Below the pieces are notes generated by a model. It was not told where the DNA came from, did no database searches, and worked only from the letters and a program-made list of their open reading frames with translations. Below are positions 25,061-37,090 of a stretch of DNA of 64,000 nucleotides, in pieces; position 1 is the first letter of the stretch; each line of letters opens with the position of its first letter. The position numbers were made by a program, and so were the translations under genes. This DNA is from Callorhinchus milii. Taxonomy: Eukaryota. The stretch lies in NCBI RefSeq assembly GCF_018977255.1, contig NW_024704743.1, forward strand, positions 8,122,001-8,186,000. Direction: 5' to 3'.

Positions 25061-26832
25061 GTAACACAGTATTTCTATCTTTTTTTAAACAAATGTGATT
25101 CCAAATCTTATGAATGTTCTGATCAATTTTCTAAATATTTGTTTGCAATCGTATATTTCTAACTGTGTAGCTCACAGCTACTAGGTGCAAAGCACACCAA
25201 TAAAAGTGAACTGTTTACTCAAATCCAATATTGTTTGACACGTGGGATTCCTGTGCATGAATGTGGGCAACTTTTACACATGTAGCATATTATAAAATCA
25301 TAGAATTATACAGCACAGAAAGAAGCCATTCGACCCATCGTGTCTGTGCCGACTCTTTGAAAGAGCATGGGCCAAATGGCCTCTTTAATCCCACATTAAT
25401 CTCACTCCCCCTTAGAATCATCTTATTGTTTTTAAGGCATTGTTTTAATTGTGCTGGTGTGTCATCTCAGCTGGTAGCAGTCTTGAGTCTGAAGTCTGTG
25501 ATCTTGAGCTCGGCTGTTACTCCATTTCAGCGCTGAGGTCCTATTTCTTTATTCAGGAAGATGAAAAGAAAAAGAAGTTTCTCCCAGTGTCATGGCCAAC
25601 AATCAACCAAATCAATTGGTCATTTATCTCATTGCTGTTTATGGGAAAATAGCCATGAGGCGAATGGTTGCCAAGTTTGCCCACAAAGCAAGTGACAACA
25701 CTTGGCAGTAATATCTTGTAAAACAATTTGAGACGCTTCACTTTTAGAGGTGCTGGTGATTCAAATAACTAGTATTCATTGTTCAGCATCCTGGGTATAG
25801 CAGACATATAAACAAACACAGTTCCTGTCTACTAATATCTGCACAACTATATAATGATATAACCATAAGCATTACTGTATTTGTTGCTGTGGATTGGCAT
25901 ATTGTTTACTATAACTGAATATCTTGTGTTATCAAAATAAAGTTAGAATATATTCCAAACCACAAGATATAATACCAGAAATACTGTATCTGAGTAAACT
26001 CATGCATTACCCCACACATAGCCCCTTTATTGGAGGGAATCTGGTGCACAGGCACTGAACCTTTTTAATAAGGAGAATAGCGCTGTATACATACAATTGT
26101 GCATTAGCTATGTAATATTGCAGTTGAGTAGTCATCTTATTCTGTTCATTTTTTGAATCTTATACTTGAACCTGAGGTTACATAGACTTTGAATCCTGTG
26201 AGATATTATCCTGTAATATTTCACAATATACCTCCCTTGGCTGAGCCAGGCAGAATATAAAATCCTATCCAATTAGTTCAACAGCATTCAGATGACCACA
26301 AGTTGCAAAGTCTGTCCCTATAGAAGATTCAAATGAACAATTCAATAGTCTATCCATTGAAGGATGAAGAGAAATTTTCACTGCCAAAGCCTAAGAGAGA
26401 GTGCACAGAGTTGTCTGCAACATATATGGAACAGTAGATAATGACTGTATTTCAGTGACCCTTGAACAATTTCAGAAAATATGAATAATTATGCCTCACC
26501 TTGCAGTCCGTGTCTAATGTTCTCAGGGCACCCCCCCTTTACACTTATTGTAAAGTGACATTAATATGAAACAGCTATTTTATAGAGAAAGAATTAGTAG
26601 ATAAGGATCATTAATTAAGACATTGATGTTCATGTTTAATAGCTATCAAGTGAAAGAGTTCTAGTACTACGCCTCTGGAATTTGACAGATAGTCATACTA
26701 GTACCAGAAATTGTTTTTATATCATGAGAAATGTAGGAAAGAATGTGTCACTTAAATGCAGTTGAAGGTGGGCTGTTAACATTATGAGGTCTGTTTTTGT
26801 CAGGCATTTCTAGAATTTCTTTGCCTTTTGTG

Positions 26833-27175
26833 GAATTCCATAGCGTAGTAGTTCGCCTTGCAAGCGAGTGGACCCGGGTTCGATTCCCAGACGGGACAAA
26901 ATCTTAGGCAAGTTTCCTTACTCCACATGCCTCTGTTTATCCAGCAGTAAGTAGGAACCCAGTTAGTCGATTGGTGGATCGCTTTCCTGCGGGTACTAAA
27001 TCCTTTCCCACAAAATAATAATTCGGTCATTCAATCCACAACTGTTGGTGGGACAGTTCTGTGTGCAATTGGCTGCTGTGTTTCTCCCACAAAAATACAC
27101 AGTCAATCCACTTTGCAATATATTCTGTGAAGCACTTTGAGATGTCTCAATGATGTGATAAGGTGCTTTATTAAA
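26833..27175 (+). mobile_element. SINE family A, full-length type
   Basis: cgccttgcaagcgag anticodon arm, B box ggttcgattcc, and the internal cctctgtttatccagcagtaagtaggaaccc segment that is missing from the 6562 and 11363 copies. Confidence 0.87.
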
Positions 27176-27601
27176 TAATAACCCTTGCATTTGGTATTAT
27201 TTTTTATTTAGAACAGGTATTTTAGGCATCAGCCTGGTTCAGTTTGTAGCTCATTCACTTCTGGGTCAGAAGGTTGTCGGTTCAAACTCCACTTCTGGAC
27301 GAATAACATGATTAATTAGTCAAGTATTTCACTACAGAATGTACAAAATGTTGAAAGTTTCCTCTCCTTAACCATGAAATGGAAGGAAAAGCTTCACATT
27401 AAATATATCAGTAACTTGTTATTTGTGTATCACTGTATTGCAAATCAGACTAGATAACAAATTTTAAAATTCATACAGTGATGGGAACATTGAAATATCC
27501 CTGGGGTTAATTCATAATTATTGGCCCAAACTCAAATGGACCCTATTTTAGTGAGTTGAAATGAAGCAATGACTTAGATGCTATTATTTTGTACCACTTA
27601 G

Positions 27602-27804
27602 GACCGCCTGATGCTTTTGCTCAGCTGCTCACATGTCCATACTGTGACAGAGGATACAAGCGCTTGACTTCACTAAAAGAGCATATTAAGTACCGCCATG
27701 AAAAGAATGAAGACAACTTCAGTTGCTCTCTTTGCAGCTACACTTTTGCCTACAGAACACAACTTGATCGTCATGTGGCTTCACATAAGTCAGGACGAGA
27801 CCAG
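27602..27804 (+). CDS. ZEB1: ZEB1 exon 5 (203 nt), N-terminal C2H2 fingers 1-2
   Basis: Acceptor ccacttag|GACCG and donor CCAG|gtaaat. Fingers [22 protein letters not shown] and [21 protein letters not shown]. Confidence 0.97.
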
Positions 27805-28212
27805 GTAAATCTTTATCAAAATAACAATGGCCAAATTTTTCCTCCCAATTTTCTCTCATGAAAGTATTTGACTCCAATCTCTCACGCGTGTGAGATAAAA
27901 TGTACTCCTTTGTTTAAAAGGAAGAAGTTTACTACTTGACTGCTTGAGTCAATTTGTCAGATTTTTGTCTATAGATTATGTTGAAAAGTAACTTGAACGT
28001 TTGTGGTCATAGTTGAATAATATGATTATCTTTACTTTCAAGTAGTAAATTCTCCCAATTATTCAATAAAAAAAACATTATATCCTGGTTATTTAGGCCA
28101 CGTAGATATTTTAATCTTAACTACAACACCATTTAAAATACATGTTTTATACCTGACTGCTGTCTGCTATTGTAAAGTGCAATTGACTTTTGAAGCTTTT
28201 TTTTCCAAAAAG

Positions 28213-28321
28213 CGCCATGTTGTAACACAGACGAGTGGGAACCGGAAATTCAAGTGCACTGAATGTGGAAAAGCGTTTAAATACAAGCATCACCTAAAGG
28301 AGCACTTACGAATCCACAGTG
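28213..28321 (+). CDS. ZEB1: ZEB1 exon 6 (109 nt), C2H2 finger 3
   Basis: Acceptor ttttccaaaaag|CGCCAT and donor CAGTG|gtaagt. Encodes [36 protein letters not shown]. An in-frame alternative acceptor exists 18 nt downstream. Confidence 0.92.
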
Positions 28322-29064
28322 GTAAGTACAGATTGTCTTACCTTATTGCTTCAGATATAATAGCGAAAAGAGATAGTTTGGTGATTTGTTCCTTGATCTT
28401 CAGAGCAGATGTATCCAGGTGATTTTCTGTCCTTAGACCCCTCCACAGTTGTGAATCTGCAGAGACGACCTCCATCAAAAATGCTTGATGCTGTGTTCAT
28501 TAGCCCCTTTAAAATGGGGATTCACAATTAAGGGAATATTTCATACATAATTGATCAGTATCTCTATGGAACATTAGTTTCAGTTTTGTTGCAATGCAAC
28601 TGGGAATGCAACAATTTGCCAGCCCCATCCAATACTTTTATACAACCTTTAGTACCAACTCTCTTTTCTATGCCACCTCACAGATTTACAGGTAACATTA
28701 TTCAGAAAAAAATATCCAATCTGTGTTTCATGGAGAGTAAAGAAAGCAAACATCATATCATTCACATTTCTGGATAAGTTTCACGGTTTCAAACTATGAG
28801 CTGGGCCAGTATTTGCCAAAAATTGGGTGGGGGGGTAAAACATTTTGGGGGAAATTTAGTGAGGTATGTGGAAAATTCCAAGGGTTTGGTTCGTGCTATT
28901 GAAGTACATTTTTAACAAAAACTGGGTGGCCCATTTGGGAGGGGGAGGGGGGGACACCAGCACAGGTTCGAAGGGCTTGGAGATCCACAAAAATCAGACA
29001 CTCAGGACCAGTGTCCTTACTGCAGGGCTACAGCAGCTCACCACCTCCTGCCTTTCAGGACCTG

Positions 29065-29425
29065 ACACTGCACACAGAGACATCGACCTAGAGAGAGAAA
29101 CACTCACAGATAGCGAGGGATGCATTCTCAGAGACACACTCACACAGAGAGACATGCACACATTCTGACAGGAAAGAGAGACACACATTCACACAGAGAC
29201 GCTCATAAAAACACACACACATACATAGAAGAGACAGAGACACACTCACAAACATATACAGAGGAGAGAGACACATAGACACACTCACAAACACATAGAG
29301 ACACTCATATAGAGACATTTACAAACATACAGAGGAGAGGTAGGCACTCACACACAGTCACTCACAAACAGAGAGACAAACACTCACATACACTCAAACA
29401 GAGAGAGACACACACACATACTCAG
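29065..29425. repeat. (CA)/(GA) compound microsatellite
   Basis: Degenerate gagacacactcacaaaca-like units. Confidence 0.88.
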
Positions 29426-29909
29426 AGTTTGTGTATTCTCTCCTTTGATTTATACAGAAAGCTCGAGTTAAAGCACGTTTAAGTAAGCTCAACAAAATGT
29501 TATTGTAGCTTCAAAGAAATTCACAACCCTCTGCATTAAATCTTAAACAACTAGATAAATATCAGCAAACACAACTATGAGATAACAAACATAAATCACA
29601 CTTAAACTATACACGCTAGCAACTTGTAATAAAGTTAATGTAAAAATGCACGAAAAACCAGTCTCTGACTACTACTCATTAATAGTCAGAGTATGTACCT
29701 TCGTTGTCATCAGGTAGAAAAATAGCGACCACGAGTCGAGCTCCTCCCTGAATTTGGATACCCAGTGGCAATTGTGGAGCACCAATTACTTGATGTAATT
29801 ACTTTTTTATTGTCCAATCAGATCCAAATACATAAAAAATATTTAAAGCACTATTCAATATATGTAAACAACAAATAGGCATAGGAAACAAAAGGGGTGA
29901 CTGTGATAA

Positions 29910-30145
29910 ACTGAGAGAGAGAGAGAGACATACACTCACATAGAGACACTCACAAACAGAGAGACATGCAGTCACATAGACACTCACAAACAGAGAGAGA
30001 CACTCACAAACAGAGAGAGATACTCACACACAGACACTCACAAACAGAGAGACACACACACAGACACAAGCACATAGAGGAAAGACACACTTACACAAAC
30101 ACTCACATACAGAGAGAGAGAGAGACACACATACTCAGAGACACT

Positions 30146-30177
<32 letters not shown>

Positions 30178-30228
30178 GAGGAGAGAGTCACACACACACA
30201 GGAGAGAGACATACAGACAATCACAACA
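29910..30228. repeat. (CA)/(GA) compound microsatellite
   Basis: cactcacaaacagagaga units and a pure (CA)n run at ~30146-30172. Confidence 0.9.
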
Positions 30229-31654
30229 GTGATCAGGATGGAACAATCCAAGTGGAGTGAAGCCTATTTCCCGCTTGCACTGCACCGCGCACCCACATCC
30301 GGAGTGGATCCACCCACAGTGAAGTCCAATAAACAGCCAAGAGGCCCAGGGACAGAAACTTCATTATTAGCAGTTTATAGCAGGGCGCTGTTTATAGTGG
30401 ACTCCGCGGAAAAATTGCGGCCACACTTTTCTATTGGCCTGGGCTGTGGAATTATTCTTTGGCTCCTTGTTCATTTTTCTCAGATTTGCCGTGCCCCACT
30501 TCTGCAATTTTTTTTAAAGATTTGGTTAGAAAGGGTCTGATTGACTTTTCTCAGTCCTTGTTTAGATCTCAAATGATCATTAAGACAGGCTTTAGCAATT
30601 GATCTAAACTTGATTTGTAAAGTGCCTATGCAGAGGAATCTTAAATGTTTTATCAACAGTATGAATCAAATTTTCACAAGATCACAAGAGAGGTTCTGGA
30701 TCAAGATAACTATTATTTCTATTTAATATCTGCCCTCCAAAATATCCATCTACTATCTTCCAATTGCAGCATCAAGCTGTTTGTTAACTGAGTCCAGTGA
30801 CCTGGCCTCAAGCATGCTTCTTGGTAATCTGTTCCAGATACTTTTTTGGTCACTTACTCAAGAATTATCAAATTATTCTTAACTCTGCCTTTCTTCCTCT
30901 ATTTTGGTGGTATTGTGATACATTCCTGAAGGTAAGGATGACTAATACTGAGAAAGAAACATTTATCTCTGTATTAATATAGACTTCCTCTTTATTTGAA
31001 TGGAGCGAATCGTCCACATAGTTTGCACCCACCCTCTCCACTTGCCGTGTTTTTGAGTGTTATCAGTATCTTTGTGTGATTATAACCTGCCCTAAATGGA
31101 GACTGGTCTGTGGAGAGGACTGTATGTCACATGCAGACTTCAGAGGCCAAAACTCTTTTGGAAATAATTTACTCAGTAATTTATTTTCCCATTGTTGGGA
31201 GGAGTGAAGTCTGCAGAGGGTAAATGACATTCACTGAATGAGGATATATGGAAGCCAAGCTATCCCTGGGGAAACTGTCTTAAGATAATTTTATATTCTC
31301 TGTTCTTGATTTGACATTCTTTTTGTCCTCTCCAATTTGGTCTTCAGTTTTTTTTTGTAGCACTAATATTCTGTCGCCTATATACTTGGGGAAATACAGT
31401 AGAGTTAAAGGGTTATAAAGTACGTTATGTATTATTTATACTGTACCTCTATGGACCTATCATTATTGGATGTTTATGGAACTTCTAACAGTGATGTACA
31501 ACGTTAGTTCTAGTGATAAACTGGAATTTGATTGCTACCTATTTTAAAAATATGGCTATAGAAGACGGAAAATAACTTTTATAACCTATCTTTCATTTTA
31601 AATGCAGAAATATCTGGTAATTTTTTTTGTTATTTCTGCCTGCCCCTTCTTTAG

Positions 31655-33417
31655 GAGAGAAGCCATATGAATGCCCTAACTGCAAGAAACGTTTTTCCCA
31701 CTCCGGCTCTTATAGCTCACACATCAGTAGTAAGAAGTGCATTGGTCTCATATCACTTAATGGTAGAGCACGTTCAGGAATTAAAACCCCTCAAGGCACT
31801 TCGCCATCACTCTCTCCATCAACCAATAGTCCTGCTAGAACACAACTTCGTAATAAGCTGGAGAACAATAAGCCTTTACAAGAACAACCCACCGTAAACC
31901 AAATTAAAACTGAACCTGTGGATTATGAGTATAAAACAATGGTAGTGACCTCTGGCATCAACTGTGCAAGCTCTTTCCAAAATGTAGGGTTTAGTGGTGG
32001 GACCCCCCTCCAGGTCACGACAAACCCTTCTCAGGGTGTGGTTCAGGCTGTTGTTTTGCCAACTGTCGGCCTGGTCTCCCCTATTAGTATCAATCTAAGT
32101 GACATTCAGAATGTTCTTAAGGTTGCAGTATTAGAAAACAATCATGTCAATCTTCCTTCCAAAGAACCAGGAACTGTCTCCTCAACATCAGTACAGCAAA
32201 ACAGTCATTCTCTCATTTCATCAATTAGTGTTCCCTTAATTGATCAGGATGGAACAACCAAAATCATAATCAACTACAGCTTAGAGCCAAGTCAACTCCA
32301 AGTGGTACCACAAAATTTAAAAAAAGAGATTCCCAATCCTGCAGAAAAATGTGTGAATGAAAAGCCACCAGAAGACCTCTCAATCAAATCAGAAAAAACT
32401 GAGATCAATGAAGAACCAGTTAGTAAAACATGCCTGCTTTGTAATGAATGTCCCGGTGGACTAAATGCACTTCATGAGCTAAAGCACTATCAATTAAAAA
32501 ATGAAGCCCATTCAGCAGAAGAAGGCCCTGAAAATCTACCTGGAGCTTCTGAGTCAACAGATAAGAACATCTCTTCAGATAAAGAACCACTGAAGAATCT
32601 GTTGTCACTCCTGAAGGCATATTACGCATTAAATGCACAGCCCACTTCAGAGGAACTGGCAAAGATTTCAGTTGCTGTAAACCTACCATTAGAAAAAGTG
32701 AAAAAATGGTTTGAAAAGATGCAAAATGGTGAGATTCCAGTCCCGCCATCTTGTCCTTCGTCCCCTGTGCAGAGCAAAAAGGAGAGCAAGCCAGATCAAT
32801 CTATCAGTCATGCCAATACACCACATACTAGCAATCTACAAGGCGATACAGCAAACTCAGAAACTCTTCAAAAATTGACAGATTCTCCAATTACTTGCAA
32901 GCCCTTAAACATGACATCGGACCGCTCCAGGAATAACACACCATCACCACTGAATCTGTCGTCTACGTCGTCTAGAAATTCACAAAGCTATAACACACCT
33001 GATAGTACCCAGGAGGATCTGCAGGAAGAACCGCTTGACCTTTCACTACCAAGACAGCAAAAAGAAGGAATTGAGAGACCCCCAATTACCAGTGTTTACC
33101 ATAGCAGTGTTCATTATGTCCAAGAGGAGCCTTTGAACTTATCTTGCTTAAAGAAAGAACCACAAAATGACAGTATTAGTAATATTGAAGGAAACCCAAC
33201 AAGTGCCAAGCCTATAAATATTGAACTCCCTACAATCACCACTCAACTGCCAACAGTTGTTGCGATTTCAAACCCAAATGGTGTCCCATGCCTCAGAGCC
33301 CTGGCTACAATCAAACAGGCCAGCTTCATTCCACAAGTGGCCTATACATATTCAACAATCAATTCCAATGGGCCTGAATCACAGGAGAAGCCAAACCAGT
33401 CTAATGGAAATCATTCA
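31655..33417 (+). CDS. ZEB1: ZEB1 exon 7 (1763 nt): finger 4, Smad-binding region, homeodomain-like domain, CtBP-binding motifs
   Basis: Acceptor ctttag|GAGAG and donor TTCA|gtaagt. Contains [25 protein letters not shown], the ZEB1-type [18 protein letters not shown] and [11 protein letters not shown], the homeodomain-like [13 protein letters not shown]...KWFEKMQ (~32587-32725), and PLNLS (32947), PLDLS (33031), PLNLS (33130). Confidence 0.98.
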
Positions 33418-33534
33418 GTAAGTATGCTATTCTTGGTTGATAGTACCTTTTCTAAAAGTTTACATTTTTTTAAGGTGGAGAATCTGTCTACTTTGTAATA
33501 TGTGGATGACAATGTTAGTCTTCCTAGTCACAAT

Positions 33535-33980
33535 GATATGGATTCAAGCTCACGTTGAAACTTTGAGCTCATAGTCTGAACTCATAGTCCAATTCAGTGC
33601 TTGCACACTGCTGCATTGTTAGAGGTGCCATCCATCAGATGAGACACAAAACCAAGGCCCTGTCTGCCTGTTCAGGTGGATGTCAAAGACCCCATGGCAC
33701 TATTCAAAAAGAGAAAGGAGTTTCTCCCAATATTCCAGCCAGCAGTCTCCCCAGATAAAAAAAAAAGCTGTCCATTCACTTTATGGCTGTTTGTGGGTAT
33801 TCACCTATGTTTACATAGTCCACAGTTCTATAAAACTGTCAAATGCTTCCAAGCCCCCGCCCCCACCCACTGTTGCCCTCCATCCCTCCTGACCCCAGCT
33901 TCGGTCCAAAAACTCCTGACTGTCCAGCGCACTGGGGCGTCTTTCCGACGTGAAGGGCATTATACACGTGTAATTTGTTT
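33535..33980 (+). mobile_element. Deu-SINE fragment followed by an L2 3' fragment in intron 7
   Basis: ggtggatgtcaaagaccccatggcactattcaaaaagagaaaggagtttctccc (Deu-like), then an L2 tail ccgacgtgaagggcattatacacgtgtaattt. Confidence 0.78.
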
Positions 33981-34187
33981 TATTTCAACATAAGTTGCTA
34001 TACCTAATGCAAGGATTATAGTATTATAGTGATATGTATTGTTCAGTTTTAAACCTATGACTATTTCAGTTGACTGAAGAATCTGTCTTAAATTTCTGTC
34101 CCAATGGGAAGTAGTATTATATTGCATTATCATATTATGTTGATAGATTTTAAAATTCATGTAAAAAAGGTGCTTTTGTTCCTGAAG

Positions 34188-34368
34188 GAGGAAAAGCCAG
34201 AGATGAGCTCAGAAGTTGTGTCCAATGCTGATGACCAGAATGATTCAGACTCAACTCCTCCACGCAAGAAAATCCGAAAAACAGAGAATGGAATGTATGC
34301 CTGTGACTTGTGTGACAAAATATTCCAGAAGAGCAGCTCTCTTCTGAGGCACAAGTATGAGCACACGG
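34188..34368 (+). CDS. ZEB1: ZEB1 exon 8 (181 nt), first C-terminal zinc finger and basic NLS-like motif
   Basis: Acceptor cctgaag|GAGGAA and donor CACGG|gtaaga. Encodes [42 protein letters not shown]. Confidence 0.96.
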
Positions 34369-35384
34369 GTAAGAGAGATGCAGCATAAATCATCACGTTC
34401 AAATTGCAGACACTAAATTGTATATTGTTTCATAGAAGAATGGTGCTTTTTTTTGTTCATCCCACCTCCTTGATCACTAGAGAAGGAGGAGGAAAAAGTG
34501 CAAGTGTAAATCAAGACCCCATGCAAGGTTGTCAAATGGATTTGTCACCACTTAAGTTTGATCATTCTAGTATTCGGGGGCATTTGATAGCAGTGGAGTT
34601 CACTAACACTTTACAACAATAATAACAAGATTACATTTGTATTACTTTACCTCAAAGAATAAGATTATTATTTACTACAAAGATTAAGACTCAACACATG
34701 CTGTCTTTTTCAGCTGCTTTTTCCTAAGGCCACTAATGGCCTTATTGAGATATCCATATCCATTTCCCTTGTTGGTGGGTGTCTTATTTGCTCGTCCATA
34801 TTCACCTTTTAGAATCTTGTAGGGCAATGGAACCTTACCACAAATGTCCATGTGTGCAACAGCACTGTTTCCTTTCCTGACGGGTTTTCTTGAGTTTCAC
34901 TGTTCTGCCTGTTTAGAGTAATATGCTATTACAATTGAATTTGAAGAGATGTACCAAGGAGATGACGAGAGATCACAGTGGTGATCTCAGGTATTTTTTT
35001 TAAAATAAATGTAAACTTGCTTGTAATTTTCTAATACAAATTAGAATTTTTGTTACGCCTCAAGATGCACACCATTATCTGACCATGGCACCGCTATTCA
35101 ACCTCCTGCCGTGATTATTTGCAGCTTATTATGTTTAGCAGCTTATTATGATACACTGCTGTGACCCTCCCCTGCTGTGTGAGCCCATTCAAGCAGCTGG
35201 TTGTAGAATGCCATGATACAAGCAATCTAATCCATAATCGCAACATATTAAAGTGGTTTCCATTGTGTTTTCTTTTGTCGGCCTCATGCTGTTGAGAAAA
35301 ATATAACTACTTGAATGCTTTTTGGAAATGGTAAGACCACGTTGTGTAGTGCTTTGCAGGAGCCCCAGGCTGCTTGTCCCTGCC

Positions 35385-35520
35385 TCTTCTCCCGTTCTGC
35401 CCCCCCCCCTTCTCCCGTTTTCCCCCCCCTTCTCCCGTTTCCCCCCCCCTTCTCGTGTTCTTCCCCCCCCTTCTCCCGTTCTCCCCCCCTTCTTCCATTT
35501 CCCCCACCCCCCCCGTTCCC
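35385..35520. repeat. C-rich ~21-bp minisatellite (ccccccccttctcccgtt..)
   Basis: About 6 imperfect tandem units are visible. Confidence 0.85.
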
Positions 35521-35524
35521 CTAG

Positions 35525-36050
35525 AGGAGAAACCATTTGTGGAGATGAAGTGGAGGTGGTGTGAGAGGTACAATCTGAACTAGTCAAGGACAGAACCATG
35601 AAGGTTGAGGAGAAGCTGTGGAGGCGGATAGAATGGTCAACGATGTCGAAAGTAGCAGAGAGGTCTAGAAGGCCGGGGATACAGAGGGAGCCCTGGTCGC
35701 AGATGGACAGAATGTCATTTGTCACTTTGACCAGGGCTGTTTCTGTGCTATGGGTGGCACGGAAACCCAATTGGAGGGGTTTGTGAAGGGAGTGGCGGGA
35801 GAGGAAGGAGCGAAGATGAGAAGCAACAAATCATTCCAGGACTTTGGAGAGGAAAGGGAGGTTGGAGATGGGTTAGCAGTTTGAGTGTAGAGATAGGGCC
35901 AGGGAGGGTTTTTTAAGGATAAGAGTGATGACAGCGGGTTTTTAATGGGGTGGGAACAGTACCAGTGGATAGGAAGAGTCTTATGATGTCTGTGAGTAGA
36001 GGGGCAAGGAGATGAGGCTGGGAGGTAAGATAAGGATGGGGTTCTCCCGG
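35525..36050 (-). mobile_element. L2 LINE internal RT fragment
   Basis: The reverse strand encodes GFRATHSTETALVKVTNDIL...LLDLSATFDIVDHSI. Confidence 0.87.
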
Positions 36051-36720
36051 TCACCCCCCCGTCTCCCGGTCACCCCCACCTCTCCCAATCTCTCCGCTCT
36101 CGGCCCCGACCCTCCCCCTCTCTCCCGGCCCGGCCCTACCCCACTCTTGGCCCTGCACCCTCTCCCAGCACGCCCCTTCTTCTGCCACCTTCACCCGACA
36201 CCGCCCCCTTTCTCCTGACACAGGTCCCTCCTTCTCCCGCCCCCTCTTCCACTGGCCCCGCCCCTTCTCCCACCGCCCCCCCCTTCCCACTGGTCCTTCT
36301 CCCACTGGCCTCCCCCTTCTCCCACCACCCCTGTCCGCTTCTCCCACTGGCCTCTGTAGGGCACCCCCTTCTCTCTCTCTCTCTCTCTCTCTCTCCCCCA
36401 CCCCTCTTCCCCTGTCCCCTGGTTGCTCTTCCCTGTGTCTTTCTCCCCCCACCCACCCCCTTCTCCCGGTCCGCTCCTCCCCCTCTTTTCCCGTTCCCGC
36501 TCCCCCCCTCACCCGCTTCCCCAATCCGGTCCTCCCCCCTTCTTCTGGTCGCGCCCCACCTCCTCCTGGTCCCGCCCCTCCTTCTCCCTGCCGCCCCGCC
36601 CCCTTCTCCCTGCCGCCCCACTCCCTTCTCCCCGCCACCCCGTCCCCTTCTCCCTGCCGTCCAGCTCCCCCTTTTCCCGGTGTCCCCCGCACTCTTCTCC
36701 CAGTCCCGACCCCCTTTTCC
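36050..36720. repeat. Extremely C-rich low-complexity tract with (CT)n
   Basis: The + strand is overwhelmingly C/T; (ct)n at ~36370-36394. Confidence 0.9.
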
Positions 36721-37090
36721 TGGTACATCAACTTTTAGTTGATCCAAGATTCGCATTCCCATTACATTTTTAATGCATCCACTCCAGGATGTCCCTAGCT
36801 TTTCCCTGTAGCCAATGGCATTGGAACTGTGCAGGAGCAGGGGGTCCAAGGTAATATGCCTGTAAAGTGCTGTTCAATTAGTCCATAGCAATTCACTGTA
36901 TTTGGGGAGGAACAGAAGTACCCTCTCTAATTTCAATTTATGATTTTTAATCTATTGTGAATATGACAGTAATCTAGATACTATTATTACAGAACCATGT
37001 AATACCAAGTGATTCTTGAGCTTCATGTGAGATCATTCTCTTAACTTTGATTTAACTTAAGTTTTCTTAATTTTTGTATTGATTGGGCAG

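Noticed and set aside
28795-30540. Possible composite transposon or LTR remnant around the CA/GA tracts in intron 6
   Set aside because: I could not identify termini, TSDs or coding remnants by eye.
33418-33498. Exon 7 ORF continuing to a stop at 33498
   Set aside because: A strong gtaagt donor at 33418 is in phase with exon 8, and the extension has no ZEB similarity.
36051-36849. Gly/Arg/Glu-rich ORFs of 226 and 237 aa
   Set aside because: These are products of a G-rich low-complexity strand lacking stop codons.
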